Shown piece by piece: positions 6,243 through 10,879 of a DNA stretch of 10,879 nt (the first letter of the stretch is position 1; the number at the start of each line of letters is the position of its first letter). Made by a program: the position numbers and the translations under genes. Under the pieces are notes generated by a model that was not told the origin of the DNA, searched no databases, and saw only the letters and a program-made list of their open reading frames with translations. Source of the stretch: Candidatus Pacearchaeota archaeon (lineage in GTDB: Archaea > Nanobdellota > Nanobdellia > Pacearchaeales > GW2011-AR1); NCBI GenBank assembly GCA_016866975.1, contig VGKP01000020.1, positions 1 through 10,879 of the forward strand, written 5' to 3'.

Positions 6243-7613
6243 ATGAAAGCTGAAGTTATTCAAGAGGGAATGATTGGACTGGAAATACATGTTTATTTGG
6301 TGACTAAGGAGAAGCTGTTTTGCAAATGCATTGCTTCTCGTGAAAAGGGATTGAAGGCAAATACAAACATATGCCCTATATGCACTGGATTGCCCGGGGC
6401 AAAACCGATGCTACCGAATAAAGTTGCTGTCGAGAAAGCTGTGCAGGTAGGATTGATGCTTGGCTGCAAAATAAACAATCATCTCATATGGCAAAGAAAA
6501 CATTATGACTGGCCAGACCTTCCTAAAGGATATCAAAATACATTATCCGGAAGCTTTGCTGTACCTGTCGGAGAAAAAGGAAAGTTTCACGGTATAACTA
6601 TCTCAAGCATGCATCTTGAAGAGGATCCTGCGTCTTGGGACCCTGAGACAGGGTGCGTGGATTACAATCGTTCTGGATTGCCTCTAGTGGAGATAATAAC
6701 TGCTCCAGATTTTTCTACCGCGGAAGAAGTCATAGACTGGCTGAAGAAATTGTTGCACGCTCTTGCATATCTCAAGGCTGCAGATACAAATGCAGGAATA
6801 AAAGTAGATGTTAATGTATCAGTACCAGGAATCAGCGAGAGAGTGGAAATTAAAAATATAAGCTCTTTGGAAAGCATAGGAAATGCAATAGATTATGAGA
6901 TAGAAAGGCAGAGAAAAGACAAATGCAAGGAGAAAGAGACAAGAAGATATGATTCTACAAGTGGTAAGACAGTCAAGATGAGGAGCAAGGAAGACGCAGA
7001 GGATTACAGGTTCTTGAGCGACCCTGACCTACAGGATATTATAATAGATCAGAAGATGATAAGCTTGATGAAAGAGAGCCTTCCCGAGGCACCTGAAATA
7101 AAACTTGAGAAATTGGTGAAAAAGTATAAGATTGATGAAGAGAATGCAAGTATATTGGCAAAACATATAGATATAGTTGAATTCTTTGAGAGAGTTGCGG
7201 ATAAGATAGATGCGAAGTTTGCTTTGCCTTGGGTGACTGTGGAATTGCTGCGCTTCTTGAATTATCATTCGACTACGCTTGATAAAGTGAATATTGACCC
7301 TGAACATTTTATCGCATTAATAATGCTTGTAAGGGATGGGAAAATAACACCGTTGAAAGGAAAAGAAATACTTAACCAATTCTATCCAAAAAGCTTCGTG
7401 CCTAACGCGGGAGAGGGGAAAATAAGCGATGTTAAGGAATTGGAGAAGGTTGCTCGCGATGTTGTTGCTAAGAATGCGAAGGCAGCTGCGGATTATAAGG
7501 CAGGAGAGAATAAGTCATTTGACTTTTTAATGGGCGAGATAATGAAAGCAACGCAGAAACGCGCGGATTTTAAGATTGCGCGGAATGTTTTGGAGAAAGT
7601 TTTGAAGAACTAG
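6243..7613 (+). CDS. gatB: Asp-tRNA(Asn)/Glu-tRNA(Gln) amidotransferase subunit B, 456 aa
   Basis: GLEIH, KLFCKC, CPICTGLPG, RKHY..PDLPKGYQ, HLEED, DYNRSGLPLVEI, VEIKN, MRSKE.A.DYR and a C-terminal Yqey-like tail. The length leaves no room for the GatE insertion domain. Confidence 0.94.
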   Translation: MKAEVIQEGMIGLEIHVYLVTKEKLFCKCIASREKGLKANTNICPICTGLPGAKPMLPNKVAVEKAVQVGLMLGCKINNHLIWQRKHYDWPDLPKGYQNTLSGSFAVPVGEKGKFHGITISSMHLEEDPASWDPETGCVDYNRSGLPLVEIITAPDFSTAEEVIDWLKKLLHALAYLKAADTNAGIKVDVNVSVPGISERVEIKNISSLESIGNAIDYEIERQRKDKCKEKETRRYDSTSGKTVKMRSKEDAEDYRFLSDPDLQDIIIDQKMISLMKESLPEAPEIKLEKLVKKYKIDEENASILAKHIDIVEFFERVADKIDAKFALPWVTVELLRFLNYHSTTLDKVNIDPEHFIALIMLVRDGKITPLKGKEILNQFYPKSFVPNAGEGKISDVKELEKVARDVVAKNAKAAADYKAGENKSFDFLMGEIMKATQKRADFKIARNVLEKVLKN

Positions 7614-7616
7614 AAG

Positions 7617-8378
7617 CTATTTTTTAGAGACCTTCCACATTTGATTAAAGATTTCCTTGAACATTCCTGCAAACATCGAGTCTTTGATTAAAAAGCCGCG
7701 AGGGATATTTTTGCTTTTTGCGGTATGCTGAAGAACCACGAAATCTTTGTGGACTATGAATTCACCTTCGCTTTGCTTTTCAATAAACTTGCATTCTATT
7801 TTTCCTATTTTTTTTCTTAATTTTGCCTCTTTTTCTGCACCTATTGGAAGAATCATCTTTGAGCTTATGCCTTTTTTTACTCTTTGCTTGTGTATTTCTT
7901 CCAAATAAAAAGTTGTGAGGTCTTCAAAGCTTTCAACTGAGCCGGTATATGCATCCATATTATCTCCTTTTTCCATTAAATTGTTGAGTTCCAGCCACAT
8001 TGACTTGATTCCTTTTATTCCTTCGAAATATTTATAGTCTGAAATTGTTTCGTTGTTTTTTGGGACTTTTTTCAGGCTTTGAATTGCAATATTTATCTCC
8101 TCTTCTGTTTTTTCTAATTCTTCTTTTTTTGAAAGAAAGATATTACGCAGTGTTTCTGGCGCATTTATTCTGTAAATCTTTGCGTTTTTGTAGAGCTTGA
8201 AGCTTACAACTCCTTTTTCAACCAAAGAATTTAGCACTTCATAGATATGCGAGCTTGGGATGCCTGTTTTTTCGCATAATCTGCCTGTTTTTGACTCTCC
8301 AAGCTCGGCTAGAATGCTATATACTTCTGACTCGTTTAATGTAAACCCCGCTTTTCTCAAATTTGATATGATATCCAT
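7617..8378 (-). CDS. TrmB-family transcriptional regulator (N-terminal winged HTH plus effector-binding domain), 253 aa
   Basis: GFTLNESEVYSIL.ELG....GRLCEKTGIPSSHIYEVLNSLVEKG HTH, a coiled linker, YFEGIKGIKSM, and a C-terminal F...FNQMWK typical of the family. Confidence 0.88.
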   Translation of the reverse strand: MDIISNLRKAGFTLNESEVYSILAELGESKTGRLCEKTGIPSSHIYEVLNSLVEKGVVSFKLYKNAKIYRINAPETLRNIFLSKKEELEKTEEEINIAIQSLKKVPKNNETISDYKYFEGIKGIKSMWLELNNLMEKGDNMDAYTGSVESFEDLTTFYLEEIHKQRVKKGISSKMILPIGAEKEAKLRKKIGKIECKFIEKQSEGEFIVHKDFVVLQHTAKSKNIPRGFLIKDSMFAGMFKEIFNQMWKVSKK

Positions 8379-8438
8379 ACTACTATATGGATATAGTAGA
8401 TAATTTATAAATATATCTTTTTGGCGCGGAAAAGATAT
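8371..8438. promoter_or_regulatory. Divergent promoter: palindromic TATA flanked by inverted repeats (putative operators)
   Basis: ATTTATAAAT (8403-8412) is self-complementary. Inverted repeats: CTACTATAT-GG-ATATAGTAG (8380-8399), ATATCCATA-N6-TATGGATAT (8371-8394) and ATATCTTTT-N8-AAAAGATAT (8413-8438). Confidence 0.7.
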
Positions 8439-8982
8439 GGCTGAAAAAACAACTGATTTGAATTCAGATGAGCTGCTGAAATTTATATTAAAGGCTCACA
8501 GGAATACATATGCTGCACTGAAGGAAGTAAGGCAGAAGAACAGATTCGATATTCCTATATTGCCCGGACATAAGGATTATGATTTTGCCGAAGGGAAATG
8601 GAGGTACCACGATTCTTATTCAGGAAGACTTTGGGCGCCTGGAAGAGAAGTTATTTTTTTGGATGAAAAGCCTGTCTGGTGCATGAGTTATCAGGGAATG
8701 CCCTGCAAATTTTCTCCTGAGTGCAAGAATAATCAGAGTTCTGAGGCAAGAATTTTACCTATGGAATTTTATGATGAAAATGTTTTTCCTTTTCTTAAAA
8801 GAGCTTTGATGAGAGCTGATGAGAGCATGCCTTTTAGAGGGCCTCCAAGATTTAATGAAGAAGAATTTGAATATGGATTTGAGATGCAGGGAAATTACGA
8901 GTATTTTACAGGCAGGGAATCTGTTGTGTATTTTGGAAGAGAAGTGTTTTTTCAGAATGTTATGGGCAGCATTATAAGATAA
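8437..8982 (+). CDS. DUF5680-like protein, 181 aa
   Basis: Pattern WRYHDSY.G...PGREVI....KPVWCMSYQG...FLKRAL......PFRGP..F....FEY.....G....FTGRE.V matches my recollection of DUF5680. Confidence 0.7.
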   Translation: MAEKTTDLNSDELLKFILKAHRNTYAALKEVRQKNRFDIPILPGHKDYDFAEGKWRYHDSYSGRLWAPGREVIFLDEKPVWCMSYQGMPCKFSPECKNNQSSEARILPMEFYDENVFPFLKRALMRADESMPFRGPPRFNEEEFEYGFEMQGNYEYFTGRESVVYFGREVFFQNVMGSIIR

Positions 8983-8983
8983 A

Positions 8984-9082
8984 TTAGAATAGAGGAAGAA
9001 GAATTTGGATGAGTTCTGCAACAGCTCCTAGGATAAAAAACAAGGCGAGAATTATGAGAAGTATTGCGGAAATTACTTTCTT
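8984..9082 (-). pseudogene. Start-less hydrophobic frame resembling the C-terminal helix of the neighbouring permease
   Basis: KKVISAILLIILALFFILGAVAELIQILLPLF-TAA. 15/23 ungapped identities to ILLALLALFFIGGVIAEIISIFL at the end of the 10316 ORF. No ATG/GTG/TTG before the in-frame TGA at 9091-9089. Confidence 0.45.
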
Positions 9083-10271
9083 AATCTTTCAAATGTTTTT
9101 CCTCTATCTTTATCAGGAGAGCTAGGAAAATAACTGTTGCACCTAGAATGTAAAGTGCGTACTGCAAGTTCCAATTCACAAGGAATCCCATTATAATATT
9201 ATTAAGAGTCATTGCAAGTCTGTAAATCATAGAAACTGAAGATATTACTGTCGCCCTTTTTGTTGATGGTATATATTTATGCATATAGTTGAAATAAAGT
9301 CTCTTTCTGGAAAGGCCGAAGCCGGCAATGACCATCATCGACACAATAGCTAAAACTGGAGAATAGGAAGCTCCTAAGATTATGAAAAATACTCCTGGGA
9401 CAAGGGCAGATAATAAGAGGTATCTTGATTTTCCCCCTATAGCTTTCTCAAGGAATGAGAATGAGTTAAGGACTATTATCTGGGCAATGACTAAAAATGC
9501 ATGGATCAAGCCAAAATATGCAATAGAGACACCGAGCTCCTGCAGTTTATACTGGTAAACCCATATTACGAAGAACATTAAAGCTGAGACTATAGTGGCA
9601 TCTATCGCCATTATCTTCAATATCTTATGATTTGCAAAAAAGGATATTCCTTTCCTGAATATATCGATGTAATGCTGATTTCTAGTTGATGCTCTACCTA
9701 TCTTGGGCTCTTTAACTGAGAGGATGATAAAGAACGAGATAAGGATTGGGACAATCATAAGGCCAAATGCCCATCTCACTCCTAGGAAATAGGCTATGAA
9801 ACCACCAATTGGAGCAGATATTAGAAGACCCAACATATTAAGGCTGTCTAACCTACTAAGCAATTTTTTTGATTCTTTCTCTCTCTTTAATTGCCTTAAA
9901 GTGTCGTAAAAAAGAGACTCATCTGCCCCAGATATAAGGGCAAGGCCAAGTCCGAGTATTATTTCACCCAAAGCAAAAATGTAAAACGACGGATATAATA
10001 TATATAATAAAAAGCCAAAAGCAGAAACAAGACTTCCTATAGCAATACTGTTCTTCCTCCCGTATTTATCCGCGATTACTCCTGTAGGTGCCTCAAAGAG
10101 AAGGGCACTTGCAGTGAATATTGCTTGCAGTATCATTATCTGATAGAATGGTATCTTTCCCCATTCTATGAAAAAGGGTATAAGGACCGCAGAGATAAAA
10201 TGCAAGTGATGTATAAATGTGAATAGGTAAAGCTTCCAAATATTGCTTTCGTAGTTATTTTTGTTGTTCAT
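9081..10271 (-). CDS. Major facilitator superfamily transporter, 396 aa
   Basis: About 12 hydrophobic segments, MFS motif A-like EAPTGVIADKYGRK, SGADESLFYDTL, and IPSTKRATVIS in the C-terminal half. Confidence 0.9.
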   Translation of the reverse strand: MNNKNNYESNIWKLYLFTFIHHLHFISAVLIPFFIEWGKIPFYQIMILQAIFTASALLFEAPTGVIADKYGRKNSIAIGSLVSAFGFLLYILYPSFYIFALGEIILGLGLALISGADESLFYDTLRQLKREKESKKLLSRLDSLNMLGLLISAPIGGFIAYFLGVRWAFGLMIVPILISFFIILSVKEPKIGRASTRNQHYIDIFRKGISFFANHKILKIMAIDATIVSALMFFVIWVYQYKLQELGVSIAYFGLIHAFLVIAQIIVLNSFSFLEKAIGGKSRYLLLSALVPGVFFIILGASYSPVLAIVSMMVIAGFGLSRKRLYFNYMHKYIPSTKRATVISSVSMIYRLAMTLNNIIMGFLVNWNLQYALYILGATVIFLALLIKIEEKHLKD

Positions 10272-10315
10272 CTAAATAGTGAATTTTTCTGTTTTTTAAT
10301 CATTTTCTACAAAAA

Positions 10316-10879
10316 TTATCGGAGGAAAATTGATATTATCTCAGCGATGACCCCTCCGATAAAAAATAATGCTAGGAGTGCCAGCAAAATTCTATTTGAA
10401 GGCATGCTGAAACTTGGGGTCAAGTCGCCGTGTTGTTTTGCCCTGCGAACCATTGCAAGGATTAAAAGGGCTGTAAGACCTCCTGAAATAACTCCTCCTA
10501 TGCCTAAAATAGTGGTGAATGTTGCTTGCTTGAATATCATAAATAGAAGATAAAGAAAGACAGGAGTCAATATAGTTATGGACCAGGCAAATAGTCTTGG
10601 TTTCTTATAATCAAGGTGAATAGTATCTATCATAGAGGTTGAAAGAGAGAGATATGCAGTGAACATCGTGATCATACCTAACAAGATAAAAGGCTTGCCT
10701 AAGGCTAATGTAGCAATCTCAGGTGTATCTAGTCCTTTGTATCCAACTACAACTATGGTGAAAATCACATAAATTGTGAAAGCTGTAAAATACGAAATCA
10801 AGATAACTCTTTTCATTTTTTTTCTTTCTCCACTCAATATTGACCTTACTTCAGGCATTGCAGTGAAGGCAAGAAACGC
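10316..10879 (-). CDS. Aromatic amino acid permease-type (Mtr/TyrP-like, APC superfamily) transporter, 5' partial
   Basis: The frame stays open to the window edge (AFLAFTAMPEV...), so the listed Met at 10858 is internal. Multiple TM helices, with AFTAMPEV, ITMFTAYLSLS and GIGGVISGG segments. Confidence 0.72.
   Translation of the reverse strand, partial: AFLAFTAMPEVRSILSGERKKMKRVILISYFTAFTIYVIFTIVVVGYKGLDTPEIATLALGKPFILLGMITMFTAYLSLSTSMIDTIHLDYKKPRLFAWSITILTPVFLYLLFMIFKQATFTTILGIGGVISGGLTALLILAMVRRAKQHGDLTPSFSMPSNRILLALLALFFIGGVIAEIISIFLR

Noticed and set aside
574-10553. Other short ORFs nested in or antisense to confident genes (574, 2019, 2315, 2850, 2992, 3310, 3638, 3857, 4501, 6293, 6662, 7029, 8755, 10347)
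   Set aside because: They overlap well-supported genes or promoter regions and show no motifs or independent promoter signals.

Overview
Archaeal genomic DNA, most likely a DPANN lineage such as Pacearchaeota/Woesearchaeota (inferred from gene content, archaeal TATA boxes and mostly SD-less starts). Left to right: the 3' end and right-end hairpin of an IS200/IS605-family element; nreA; a DUF202 membrane protein; a damaged minus-strand cluster (a Cys-rich exported protein cut by a ~110-120 bp double-hairpin element, a membrane protein with an in-frame TAG, and a 65-aa membrane protein); a DHH/DHHA1 phosphoesterase coupled to an acylphosphatase-UppS fusion; deoxyhypusine synthase; gatB; a TrmB-family regulator divergent from a DUF5680-like gene across a very symmetric 58-bp intergenic region; an MFS transporter; and the 3' part of an aromatic-amino-acid-permease-type transporter. 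The most notable signals are the AcyP-UppS fusion, the PATE-like double hairpin, the symmetric TrmB promoter and an orphan copy of the permease C-terminal helix downstream of the MFS gene. No rRNA, tRNA or CRISPR array was seen. Family names come from motif recognition, not database searches.
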